In this document: piece by piece, positions 38,401 through 51,588 of the stretch
How positions within the stretch are numbered: position 1 is the first letter of the stretch
How the letters are laid out: every line of letters starts with the position of its first letter
Source of the DNA: Mizuhopecten yessoensis
Lineage: Eukaryota
Length of the DNA stretch: 64,000 nucleotides
NCBI RefSeq assembly: GCF_002113885.1
Contig: NW_018406552.1
Location: forward strand, 960,522-1,024,521
Direction: 5' to 3'
Translations under genes and position numbers: made by a program
Notes under the pieces: model-generated
What the model saw: only the letters and a program-made list of their open reading frames with translations
What the model was told of the DNA's origin: nothing
Databases searched by the model: none

Positions 38401-41400
38401 GAGGCCAGGATGTCCATCTTGAATTTTTGGGATCGGCACCAAAAGTAAGAACACTTGTTCTGGACCTCAAATGGAACAATTATACCAAGTAGGAGTCAAT
38501 TGCTTAAAACATTCTTGAGAATAAGTAAAAAAATGTCCCAGCCAATCAGAGACCAGTCTTGGAATTTCGGATTGGCACGAAAAATAACAACACTTGGTCA
38601 GGACATCATAAGGAATAATTGTACCAAGTTTGAAATGAATCACACGAGCTGTCTTGAAGAAGAAGTTTGAAAATGTTTGATTGTTAATGCACGACAGCGA
38701 CTGTAATAATTAGACCCCAAAAGCAGCCAGGTAAGAAATGGTACCTGGTAACCCAAATTAAACTGCAGCTAGATCAATTGCTGTAAATAAGCAGCTCTAG
38801 GATCCACTCCTATGAGGAGACAATCTTTCTCTGTTTTTGGGATTTGCAGCATCAATATGCTATATATACTGTCACAAACAGAGTTTTACCATTGACACAG
38901 AGCAAAACCATAAAACAGATATTTGTGACAGTCAAGACGATAATGATCACCATTCCAATTTATATTAGTTATAATTACGGTAAATGGCTGCCAAAAAAAA
39001 AAGATTTTTGGTTATTTTTATTTATTTTACAGAGATCTGGGTTGCTCTACTCGGATTAGTTATTAATGTCACGGAGACATCCAAATTGAGGCAGAATAAC
39101 ATTTATCTTTCATGGCCATGCTATTGTATATGACCTTATAATCATTTTCATTAACAATCACCATCTGGGCTTCTTGTTCCAAAGAGAAACAAATTACATG
39201 GTTATGGGGTCAAAGTTAGTTTGATTGACCAATCAAATGCTGTGTTACATCTCAAATGAATTGGAATAATAGACAAAGATAAATCCGAGCTGTTTAACGT
39301 ACCTCCTCCAGTTCTGGTAGAGGGCTTTGTGAATCTTCAGAAGCTGTAAAATTAATACAGTATTTAATGATGCATATTGAATCTCACTATCTTGATATGT
39401 GCATTTTCAGTCCATTTGATAAATAATTAATTATCACATATTTGTGAGGTATGGAACATTACATCAAAAATTAAGCTTATAAAAAAAAAAAAAATTTGAG
39501 TGAAAGTCTTTGACAGATATATATATATATATACAATGATCAAATATTATAATTGACAAATCACAACAAGAATGTGTTCCAAATATTTTAATAGGTTCAA
39601 ATAAAAAGATAATAATAACCATAATAAGAAATCCTAACAGAAATAAGTCTAGGCAAAGTATAAAATGTGATATCTCACTTAAACTAGGATTTAGCGCAAG
39701 CACAGAATCTGAATATCACAGAACCAGCATGAGAATTGGTTTTGGAATGTTCAGAAAAAGTTCAGTTCCAAATAATGCTGGTTTTGATAGAATATCAAAA
39801 GTGTGATGAACAGAATATCAAATGTGTGATGAACAGAATATTAAACTTGATCCTGTTTTCTTTGTGCTTACCAGCAGGAATTCTTCGAGGCTCCCATGGA
39901 GGGTGAATAGGTCTACCAAGGTCCTGGCAAAATAAAGGAAAAGTTGTCATACCAAACACATGTAGAAATTAAATTAAATGTAGAAAAACAAATCACATTT
40001 TTCTATGCTAATTAATGCATTAATGATTAGAGTGCTAAATTGACATTAAAACTTGAAGTGCCAAAGACAGTTGTATACATATACTAGTAGTTTTAAATAT
40101 AATATATATATAGTGATTAACTTGCTCCAACCTTTGAATTGGAAGAGTTCAAATGTGTCTTCAGGAGTGAATGAAATAATAGCTGAGTATAAAATGCTGA
40201 AAGTAGTTTAGTAAAATATCATTTAACATCGATCCCTGTTATCATTTTTACCTGTAACCAATTCACTGAAACCATGATGATGAGTACCATTAGAAAGCTC
40301 TATTTTCCCAGAGAGAAGAAATCATCCATTTACCCCATATTTCTTAAGATAGTCAAACATTGCCTGTGCTCTGGAACCTTTCTGCATCTGTTCTGCTACC
40401 TCCATCAATGCTGTTATAACAAATCACTGCATTATAATAGGAACATTGTACAGAGATATTAATAATGACTCAAAAAAGTTGACAGAGTGTTTTTTTTTAA
40501 TGTAACTATATTTGGTAAGTTATCATCAATAGGTCCAAAGTTGGAAATTAATTCTCATCACATATTGCTTTCACAATTCCAGAAACTTGTAATAACATTT
40601 TCTCGTGTGAACGTGTCGTATCCATAGTATGTCTTGATATGTTTTTAATTGAATATGAATTTTAAAACACAGAACAAGTACATGTACATGTAGTCTAATC
40701 TGATCATTTGATACCAGTTAAACATATGGTACTTAATAAATACAAACCTATCAGAGGGATCCTTTTGATAGGCATAAACGAGAAAAATGTAAATTATGAT
40801 TAACTATATATATAATAATTGGTTTAAATAAATATTGTAGGTATTAAATTTTGTTATACATGTTTTGTTTATGCATATATTGTCTGGTGTAAAAGATGGT
40901 ATAAGGACCTTTAATGAATCTGCATATATTTAATCCAATTACTAAGTAATAATTAATTACAATACAATCTAAATATACCTATTACATATATTTATAGAAT
41001 GTCTAGGCGTTGAAAAATGGCAGCTCGTCCTCGATACTCCAGGGTTATGCTCACTTTCGCTCTCTGAAACCCTGAATATTTCAAAGCAAAATTGAAGGCA
41101 CACAGCTAGCTATTTGATTGGTCTCAGGTGAAACACAAGGGGCCCAGAAGGCCTGTATGGCTCACTTGGATTTGTTTAAAGGTTTTACCCCTATTTCTCC
41201 TATTTAACCCCACCCCTCTACCACCAGGGGGCCACACCAATCGTTTATACAAAATTGAGTCCTTGGCCAAAGGAAGATTTACCTCTATTTCCCCTATTTG
41301 GACCCACCCATCTGCCCACGGGAGGGCACACCCAACATTTGTTCAAAATTAAGTCCCCTTGGCCCAAGGATGCTCCAAACTAAATTAGAATAAAATCCCT

Positions 41401-44400
41401 TAGAAGGATTGTAAAGGTTTACCTTCATTTCCCCTATAGTGACCCGCTCCTCTGCCCCTAGGGAGGCCACACCCACCGTTTATACAAAATTGAGTCCCCT
41501 TGTCCCAAGGATGCTCAAGACCAAATTGGGATAAAAACACTTGATCCCTATGGTGGGAGAAGGATTTTCAACGTATTACCCCTATTTCCCTTATAGTGAC
41601 CCAGGAGGGTCACACGCACCATTTGAGAGTAATTGAGAGTCCTTGGCCTAAGGATGCACCAGAGTAAATTTAGTCAATATCTTTTAGTCGAATGACAAGA
41701 AGGTAGATTGGAAGACTTGAGCTCAGTCATTAAGGCTAATCAGTTTGAGAGTTTATAAGCATGCAGGCCTGTAAATTATAATGTTGAAACCTCTATAACA
41801 CTGATAATACTTTTAACCGGTGACTATAGGGATGTATGCAGAACTCTGAGAATCTAAGAGATCTCGCAGTTTTGCAAATCCATCATGTTTGGTATAAATT
41901 CCACCACACATGTCACAGAAACTTGGACTTTAGTTAGGCTATTATTTACAAGCTCGTAGGGACTGCTCGTATTTGTTGTGTAAAGTCATGATCTACTGAA
42001 TGGTGGGAAGAATATGAAAACTGCCCATCAATCCTGTTAAACACATCGCTAATGCACAGATACATATTATTGAAGTTATCCTACTTATCATGCTGTATAT
42101 AGACAGACTGACAATAGCAATGTAATTCAAGCAATCAGCACATACACTTCAGCAGTGACGACAGTGTCAATATTCAAAATTACAACTCAAGTTTGATAGA
42201 AAGAGATAACAATAATGACCATGAATGATGAAGATGACATGCTGACACAAAAGGAAGAACAACATGAACAACCTCACATTTAATGTTATTTAGGTTATTT
42301 GATAACTCTAATGCAGGGCTTTCCGTAGACCCTAAGAGTATGGTTTTGACTCCCCAAAAGGTTTTCATTGACTCTTGGGTTTGAAACACCTATTTGGTTA
42401 AAATTGAGCGAAAATTCTATTTGGCTACTGAACTTGCTAAAGGACAAGGGTCAATTGAAAGCCCTGAAATTAATATTATGTCTGAACAAAATAATTCCCT
42501 TTACAAAATGATGATTGCCGAGGTAATATGAGGAAAACTTGTTAAGAAGTTATGATGCAACAGAAATGTGTAAATCATGAGAAACGTAATATTTGTTAAA
42601 TACAAGAAAGCACCATATTTCTAATTAATGTGATTATAAATTTTCTAACACAACTTTGCTGTTAATCAACTTCTACGTAAATGAAGTAAAAGAGTACAAC
42701 CTTTAAGTTTAATTTTATCATTTCTGATGGTACTTTTACAATAAAATATTGTTTATGTCATTTTCAACAGATATATTCCATATATTAAACAAATTTTCTG
42801 ATATGCATTTCGAAGAATTAAATTTTAGAAGGTGGGATAAAAATGTACTGGTACATGTTTACAGAAAACAGAAATGTCAAGGATCAAACTCAGTACCTAT
42901 CCACTACCATTCCTACATCAATGTTGCTGTTGGGAAATTGCAAATGCTTAGTATCAAAATGAAAGAAAAGTACCTTGCCAAGGAATTAGTAGTTCTACAC
43001 CAAAAGAAAATCCTTAAATACTGTAGGTTTTAATTTCTATACATAAAGAAGAATATTTCATGTTAAAAACAAATCACTGAAGTGGAACTCTTCTCGGTGT
43101 TTATTATTTGTTCAGTGGTACCCTTTACCTTAAAGATCCCTGTATCACTGCACTCTGTTTTTTGTATACACAGTTACCTCCCTTTAATTTCATATTTGGT
43201 CAATACTGTGGCACAGCTGGACCAGGCCTGTTCCGCTGACCCGGTACAGTAGCTCAGTTGGTTAGAGTGTAAATTCAGGGTTAGAATCCCAGTCTCATCC
43301 TGCTGACTTTTTTACAAACAGAACGCTGTTAATGATGATTTTTTATTTATTTCATCTCTATTTTTTCATAAAAGTTCCAAAAGAAATATGTTTTTCTTTT
43401 CCGAAATGTTTTGTCAAAGCTATAGCCATGCTCGTAAAATTGGTTTCCAGTGTATGCAGTTTAAGGTAGTACTAGCGTCACAGGAATCCTTAAATGAAGT
43501 TAGAATGACACACATTACTGTAGTCACATGATATAAAAATGTTTACAACACTGCACCACTTTACAACATTATTTCCCGTAGAGTGTCATCCAGGTCTTTG
43601 CCAATAGTGACAATAAGGTCTATTGTCATTATTGTGTAATATTGTATGATTAGCCTATTGGTGAGGATAAGGCAGGCATTTGTTTTTGTATTAAAAGTGA
43701 TAGAAATGTGACGTTAGTTTGTTATTTTATAACGAAAAATATCATATATTTGGTTAAGCAATGTAATATTCCATTGTGACATTTATAAAAATAGACTGTA
43801 GAGGGACGGATGGCGATAATCAGGTATAGAAAAATGCAATAATGACCATTGACTGTATGGTCAAAGTTAGATATAGTAGGGTGAAAATTCATGAACATGA
43901 AAAGCGTTTCCTAAAAGATATGTTACAACTGATTTTTGGCAATTTCTTAAAATTGAAAAGATAGGAAGCAAGATATGTTCTTTCCATTAAAAAGAACTCG
44001 TCTGACATCAATGAATATAATATACTGCAATATGGTCAAGTTCTCAGGATCGAAAAAAATCTGAAATTTCCAAATAAATATCCTTTATAGTGACATACAG
44101 GATACTGCAGTAAAACTTACATTTTAGTTAAACAATTTGCAGCTGTCATAATATCTACACAGACAATCATAAACTTTGCCGGTTCCGAAGTGAATTAGTC
44201 TTGTATCCACGCATAGAAACCTTTAAAACCTGCCACAGCTTATAACTTATCAAGATGATAATTTGAGAGATGCCAAAACATGATCAGATTGACCAATATA
44301 TCATAATCTTTGACTATATATATTTGAAATTCATAACAGTAGGGAATGGTACTGCAATAATGCTGAAATTTACCGAAAATCAGTGAAAATCTACCTTTTA

Positions 44401-47400
44401 GGTATGCTGAATTAATTAAAAAGCAAACACATGAAAATATGAAAAATGACCTACCACGGTACTTATGATCATGCATAGGCCTTTCTTTTTAAAAACTCTT
44501 TCCATTCTTTGGAAAAATATCTTTCCATGCTGCAATGTATATTTCAGTGATAGCTGGGACCCATGGGTTACATGATGACTGGTGTACAAAAACAATCAAT
44601 TGGATAAAGTGTTTTTAGCTAAGAAGGAAACAAACAAAAAAACTAAAGAAAAATACAAAAGATACAAAGTGTTGCTAGATCAATTAAACATACACCACTA
44701 CAGAGCAGTAATTTTCCTAGTTTTATAAAAAAAATATAACAAAAAGCATTTTCTTAAATGTGTGGTAACAAACTTCAGGCAGACTATGTCTGAAATATGT
44801 AGAAAATATTGCATCATGTTTAATAAAATCTACATGTAGCAATGAGAAAAGTCAACTCTCCTTGAGGTTGGCTGTAATTTACTTAGTAATTTGAATTAAT
44901 TCTGGTATGTTTCAATTAAATACTAGTTATAAAAAAGTTTTTCCAGGGGAGGAGCCTCAGGCCCCCTCCCATACTCTCCCCACTCATCACTTCACTTCTC
45001 GCATTGTGCCTGCAACACTCGTCAAACCTCTGCTTACCCAGAAATCATTACCTTACTGTAAATCTTATCGAAATCACTGATAAATCACTTATACAGTCCC
45101 CTTAGGATATATATTGTGCACCATGGATATTTACTTACGTGACAAGTAGACTGTTTTGCGCTGTAAGAGATATTATAATGGTCAGATATAAATTCTTTAT
45201 AACAAATTATGAGAAGTTCTTTTTACACAACCAATAAGATTTTCTATGTGACGTTTCGATGGCTAGTACAATATGTACACTGTCACCTTCATCAGACAAA
45301 TGACCAGTGAAGCGTATGCACACAAATGTGTACGAGTTGTCCACAAAATCATAACAAATGTTCTCCAGTTTTTTTTAATTTTGTCTAGATAACAAATGTC
45401 ACGGACACAGATCATTGTGTTTCATATATGGCAAACACAAAGACGGGGACCTGCCCAGAAATATTTAGCACCCTGCCGAAGCTATGAGCACTGAGTTGCA
45501 TCTTTTAGTTAAACATCAACAAACTCCCTTTATGTGTTCATCACTGATGTTTAATTCAACATTTGTGGATAAAAGAAAACTTTGAACTTTGAAATAGGAT
45601 ATATTACATGGTAAATGAGTGGTGGGCACAGGGAAGATGGTGGTGGGCACAGCACCCAGGATATAAGGCTTGGGTCATACCCTACAAGGGGTTTGAGCCC
45701 AGAAACCTAAAGCATTTATTGACCTGGTGAAAGCCATATAAAAGGATGTAAATTCTCTTAAAATGTTACAGAAATGAATAACCAGGTAAAGCACTACATA
45801 TATGACATAAGAATATGTTATATTATTACATAAAAATATGTTCAAATATTATTAATTCTTAACTCAGAAACATCACATTTATTATAGAAAAGTAATATCT
45901 GACATATACATGTACATTTCTTATAACTTCCATTTCCACAAAAAACATCCAATGATGATTATATTGCTCATAAAATTTTCTCTTTAACATAACTTCTAAT
46001 GTTCTAATTCCTTCAAAATCAGGGCAGCCTACAATCAGCTTTGAATATAGAGGTTAAGTAATTCAATCTAACAGAAAAAAAAAGATTGAATGTCTGCATA
46101 TACATAAAACATGTACATAAAACATATACATAAAACATGCAGCTTAAGTAGAAAAGTGTGGGAACACTCTACCTTAATTTTACAGATATTTCTTACCTCC
46201 TTATGATCAGTCTCCACCATGCGTATGTCAGATGGTGTTGTTGTCACGTTGATAGCCGGAATGCCCTAAAAAGTAATTGTTTCGACAGATAAATGACTTT
46301 ATTACAACAAAATATTTTCATAAAACTATTATTTAATTAACTTCCAATTAAACAATTTTATTTTTTATTTTTGACTGTTATTCGGTTATATGGGCTATGT
46401 TAAGAAGCATGGGTTAACTCCTTTGTTTAAATGTAGTTAACAGACAGGTGGCACTGCAAACCTGTGATGTGGATTACAGTGCAACTTTAGTGCTTCTCTT
46501 GCCTCACTATTTTACCAAAGGATGTGCTGCCTGGTTCTTGGTAGATTTCACTTAAATATATACTGTATACCAGGAAATTTAATTTGACTGCAGTTTAATT
46601 TTTGACTTTTTCGCTCTCCGTAATGATAATATGTCAGATAGAGCTGTCTAGGATAAGGTAGGGGTGTAAGAAATATCTTTCTCACACACATCACAGGTGT
46701 ATCAGCACTTTTACCGGTGCGAGATATCCTTGTCTAACCCTAGCATTGAGACGGGGGGATTCCCCTATTCATAACAATGGTATGACATCATGTCAACAAT
46801 ACAATGACGTCACGTCAACAATCCATTAACGTCACTTCAACCCTGAATTTAGCCTGTAACGTTAACATAACAATATGTATATACTACACAATGAGAACAG
46901 GGAAAGAGAAAAGAAAATCTCTCACCCCCTTGGGTGTGAAATAGGGAAATATCAATCCTCAGGAAAAGATTCCGAAGTTGCCAAACACTCTGCAAAGCCT
47001 CGTGTTTGGCAACTTAAGAATCTTCCCCCTCGGGTTGATATTTCCCTATCTCATCCCCAAGGGGGTTAGAGATTCTATTAAGCTTGCACCCGTTTTCACG
47101 TTATGACACAATGGCTCAACAATGGTGCGATGTCACAATTTTGGAGAAAAAATTGATGCCGCAATGCAGAAGAGGCGATGTGATGAAATTAAAACCTTTT
47201 TTATGATATATTTACCGTACACGATAGAAACATTCGTCAAAAATCTCGGGGGGAAAATTGATATTTTCAAAATGATAGCCAGTCCAAATGAACTTTCATG
47301 ATTACTGAGCTTATATACTGGTAGTTGGAATGAGAGAAAAATACTCTTTCATATCCATCGGTGTAGGAAAGGGAAATTCCACCCTCAAGATTTTCAAATT

Positions 47401-47870
47401 TGGCAAAACCCTCTGGTGGAATTTCCTTATCCTACACCTCTGGGCATGAAAGAGTCTTATAATATGTATAGTACAGGGTATTAGTTAAATGTGAAGGCGA
47501 AACTTTTCCGGTATACAGTTATAACCTAGTCCCGCCATCCCACTACACGATCTCACCTTATGTTGTTCATGGTGCTATTTATTACAATGTAATTATTATT
47601 GCAATATTGTATTTAAGGATGGTCAGGGATCCTTAAATGCAGTGCAATAGAAGAAAGTATATAGGTAACAACACACAGAGAACAGTACAAACTTACTTCA
47701 TGTCCGGCAAGTTCTGTACATGTGTATGGCTTAGGTGTAAAAGGCCACCAAATTATATTTCCAAAACACCTGTAAACGTACAACCTGATGAGTGACCGGG
47801 CCCTCACGATGATCACCATCACAATCATAATGCTGAAAGTCAAAGAGCACATCACCACAATATCTCTCAT
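35402..47870 (-). CDS. Orphan single-pass membrane protein with low-complexity C-terminal tail, encoded by microexons (about 205-238 aa)
   Basis: Phase-compatible exons with canonical AG/GT sites: 47697-47870 (MRDIVVMCSLTFSIMIVMVIIVRAR...), 46197-46265, [45139-45160 and 40334-40410 tentative], 39872-39923, 39303-39343, 37199-37244, 36845-36882, 36653-36701, 36357-36415, 35402-35491 (TAG). An in-frame stop lies upstream of the ATG, within an exon whose acceptor is at 47922/47923. No family recognised. Confidence 0.65.
36427..39430. repeat. Tandem segmental duplication (about 545-bp unit; second copy carries a roughly 1.9-kb insertion) containing a coding exon pair
   Basis: 36427-36815 matches 36970-37368, and 36817-36969 matches 39275-39430. 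Confidence 0.9.
38222..38700 (-). mobile_element. HINE-like element fragment
   Basis: ACAAGAGGCCCAAAGGGCC terminal stem-loop plus internal GCCAATCAGA repeats. Similar termini at about 21126 and 41133. Confidence 0.5.
41131..41710 (-). mobile_element. HINE-like element with tandem internal repeats
   Basis: Stem-loop end ACAAGGGGCCCAGAAGGCC; repeated CAAAATTGAGTCCCCTTGGCCCAAGGATGC modules. Confidence 0.55.
46916..47077. mobile_element. Palindromic MITE-like element
   Basis: Long inverted arms centred on AAGTTGCCAAACAC...GTGTTTGGCAACTT; a related palindrome lies at 47341-47460. Confidence 0.7.
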
Positions 47871-48639
47871 AACACAATTACTTATCAAGTTATAATAACA
47901 TGATACAGATTCTTTCTATGGCCTGTTATACGGAGACATCACATTACACGTTTGTAATAAAACGATCTGTATTACAAAGCTAGGGCGCATAAGTTTTATT
48001 ACCCAGACTTTGGACAGACGCTCTAACTAAATGAGCTACACCTAATTACTGAGAGTCCACCAGTTTACCTACACCATATGATTCTTGTCAGTTTTTACAC
48101 AGAAAGTTTCACTCAAATAACTGTAAACACACTTAAACTACGTAACACAGGGGACAAAATGGGAGGGTGGGTTTAAGTGCATTCACACATATGGGTTGTG
48201 TCCAAACCCACCTACTCGATAAAACAATTGTGAAGAGGGGAGATATGGCAATTCATCTGAATCTTCTCTTTTTGGTAATTACTCCATTTATGACTCGTAA
48301 TTTGATTATCATACTTGATTTGATTCTGCGTGCCCACGTACATCATATTCACTGATGCGCTGAACTACGCCCACTTCCAAAAGCCTATATTAGGCACGCT
48401 GTAATGATTTAATAGCCACTATTAGATTGACAATTTTTTTTTTTAAACCGTTATTTCTCAAATCTTTTAAAGGTAAAATATAAATCACTTGCTATTTTAG
48501 TCTGTTTATACCTTAGAATGTTGATGTAAACCTGCATCTTTTAGTTGACTTGAACACGTGTCTGCTTCCCATAATACAATTCACTGCACTTCCGGTGTCA
48601 TGCATATAATGTACCTCCTGCTTAAATAGTATCCGGATA

Positions 48640-49640
48640 CCTTTTATGCAGAATAAAACTAATGTTTCAAAATTTTTAATCAAAAACAGTTCAGAAATTG
48701 ATCAGAAGGTTACAGTTGCATGTTTATCCACCTCTACCCCACCAATCCCCACCCCCGGGGCCAGGAAATTATGTCCAAATAATTTTCAATCACTGGACAC
48801 AATTAGGTTTGGAGAGTCATATAGAAACATTTAGTTATGTTATAATCATTACCCAACCTCTCTTCAACTCCCCACCCCCCGGATTCTTTTTATACACCTG
48901 ACGAAAATGTAAACCCCCCCCGGATACTTTTTATACCCTGACCAAAAAGTACCCCCTATGAAAAAAAAAAAAATCTCTTTTTTTTTTATCCAATTGAGTT
49001 CAGAACTTGAACAGGACAGTATAGGGGAATATGTATCCACCCCTACCCCACCAATCCCCACCCCTGGGGCCAGGAAATTATGCCAAAATAATTTTCAATC
49101 ACTGGACACAGTAAGGTTTGGGGAGTCATGAAGAAACATTTACAGTTATATTATAGTCATTACCTAACCTCTCTTTACTTTTTATACCCTTACCAAAAAG
49201 TACCCCCCCCCCCCCCATGTTAAAAAATCTTATATTTGAATATTTTTAAAACCAAAACAGTTCAGAAATTAATCAGGATGTTACAGGGGGATACTTATCC
49301 ACCCCTTCCGCACCGAATCCCCATCCCTGGGGCCAGGAAATTTATGCTGAAACAATTTTCAATCACTTGCAACAATAAGTTTTGGGGGGTCAAGTAGAAA
49401 CATTTACAGTTATGTTATAGTCATTACCCAACCTCTCTTTAACTGCCCATCCCCCAGATACTTTTTATACACCAGACCAAAATGTACCCCCCGGATACTT
49501 TTTATACCCTGACCAAAAAGTACCCCCCTATGAAAATTCTTATATTTGAATATTTTTATTCCAATTGAGTTCAGAATTTAGGGAGTCGTATAGAAACATT
49601 TACAGTTATGTTATAGTCATTACCCAACCTCTCTTCATCC
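48640..49640. repeat. Degenerate tandem repeat, about 260-310-bp unit, 3-4 copies
   Basis: TATCCACC...GGGGCCAGGAAATT...CATTACCCAACCTCTC recurs near 48725, 49035 and 49296, with a partial copy near 49570. Confidence 0.8.
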
Positions 49641-49712
49641 CTGAAGACACAACTATTTACAACTCGGGTTTGGATATCCCCTTGAAAAGCATTCACCCAG
49701 TGCTTAAAACAA

Positions 49713-49864
49713 GGGTTGGCAAGCTCGCCAATTTTGTCACCGGAGAAAGAAAAATGCAATGGCAAGACAGGGTTTCAAACCCAGAACCCTCCGAACTCTA
49801 GACGGATGCTCTACCAATTGAGCTACCTGGTCGCCGACAATCGACCCAGTCCAGTTCGGCTACA
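49713..49864 (-). mobile_element. Family-2 tRNA-containing LTR (130 bp, TGT...ACA) followed by a PBS
   Basis: LTR 49735-49864 has A box TAGCTCAATTGG, a B-box-like GGTTTGAAACC and an oligo-T stretch. It is followed by TGGCGAGCTTGCCA, resembling the complement of a tRNA-Arg 3' end. Confidence 0.7.
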
Positions 49865-51588
49865 CTTATATTTTCCTTTGTTGACGAGTTTTGACTATCC
49901 TCAGCTTCCATGGACCCGGACATTTTGTTAACCAGTTATTTTGTCTCACTGATTTCTTTAAAAGCTTTGGGGAGATGCTCTCAGGCTTGTGAAGAATGAG
50001 GGGGAACCGATTAAGAGCAGGTTTACTTAGTTTCAGTCGCTTCTGGCTAATTTCTCCTGTAGCAATCCAAATCCGCATAACAATATCCAAAATCACAGTA
50101 ATTAGTTTGTCCCACTGAGTTCCTGTGTGACTGGATTTGGAGTTTGTCACCTTTATTACAACACTTGTGTGCGAGGTGTTAAGCCATTGGAAATCTGTGT
50201 TTAGGATATTGAACCCTAAGATTCCTTGATTCATATTTTAGCACTTGAAAATGCTTTATATAGTCATGCAAAATTACTTATTCACTACACATAGACTACA
50301 TACAGTAATATTATGATTTTTTAATAAAAGTTTACAGACAACAAAAATTCACTCCACAACACCAGCTCACTTCACTTTCAGTTTGGTGAACTAAAAAGTG
50401 TCTACCTATCATGAGGTCATGACTCTAGGACTAAGATTATAAGACATCTGACCTTTGAGCCGATGTGTCAAATCATATAGCCCCTCACACATAAACATGT
50501 CTAGGCCTCAAAGTTCACTTAAGTTCTACTCAATGTTTAAACATATTTGGCCCTGCTATGTAATATTGAATTGGGGTTAAGGTCATTTCTTTGAACAAAC
50601 TTGAAAACTCTTCAACACAACAACATGATTTTGTGAGAGTGGGCATAAAATTATTTCGTAAAACTCTTCTGCCTTCAGGGGTGGTGAGAAGATCAAGCAT
50701 ATAGTCAAGATTGAATCATTATGTCCCAGGGAGATTCCATAGTAAATATAATCCCTTTTGACATGCAGGGAAGTAGCATTCTTATAGAAAATATAAATGT
50801 ACAAGTAAAGATATGATAGGAAAAGACAAGTTTCCAACTATCAGTACTGGATGTGTTTATACACATTACTATCATAATGTGCCATAATAACAAATACCAG
50901 GTAAGGATTGCTCTTCAATTGATCTCTTCCCCTTGATCAGTCTAGTACAGCTGTACACATCTGGCACAGCTCTTGGATTTCAGCAATATACACAATACGC
51001 CCCCCGCCGTCCCCAGCAAGATGGCAATCCATTTTCTCAAAATACTGTATACTGGAGTTTGTGCTACAGTTTTATTTGCCTTCTCTGCCCTCTGTAACAT
51101 TTGTATTGATTTTACCATCGAAGGGCGAACATTTCCAAGTATACAGTATGAAGTGTATGTACATTGAAAGACTGCAAAGTGTAACTTTAATTATGACCTA
51201 CGAAAGTCAGGTTTCATTTTTCACGAAATTTGTTAACCTGGTCAGTTTCTCTTGGAAGACTGGTCACGGTATATGAGTATCACACCGTTTTTACCCACAG
51301 TATGAGGGTACACAAAATGGAAAACTTCTAAAAACAATATAATAATACTTCCTATTTATTTATTGGAACATCAATTATTTAACACTATTTAGCAGTAGTT
51401 ATCTTAACTTTCATTTTGTGACCCATATTGTTGAGTCGTGTCTGATTGGAAGTTTTAGCTTGAAGGGTACCCAAAGCAGAACACCTTTTAATCACATCAG
51501 TCAGCTTATGAAAATAACTGACAGTATTTATAATATTTTCCTTCATTTCATGTATGTTTTGAAGCTTTCTGATAAATTTCCACATTTA

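Noticed and set aside
43245-43300. tRNA-like sequences here and at about 1660, 12205, 14075, 15620 and 23100
   Set aside because: They lack intact cloverleaves and are embedded in repeat-family context, so they are treated as TE-derived rather than tRNA genes.
50897-51045. Exon-like segment encoding a hydrophobic stretch (WIAILLGTAGGVLCILL) upstream of the orphan gene
   Set aside because: All three frames hit stops before the donor. At best it is a 5' UTR exon or decayed exon, which cannot be supported without transcripts.
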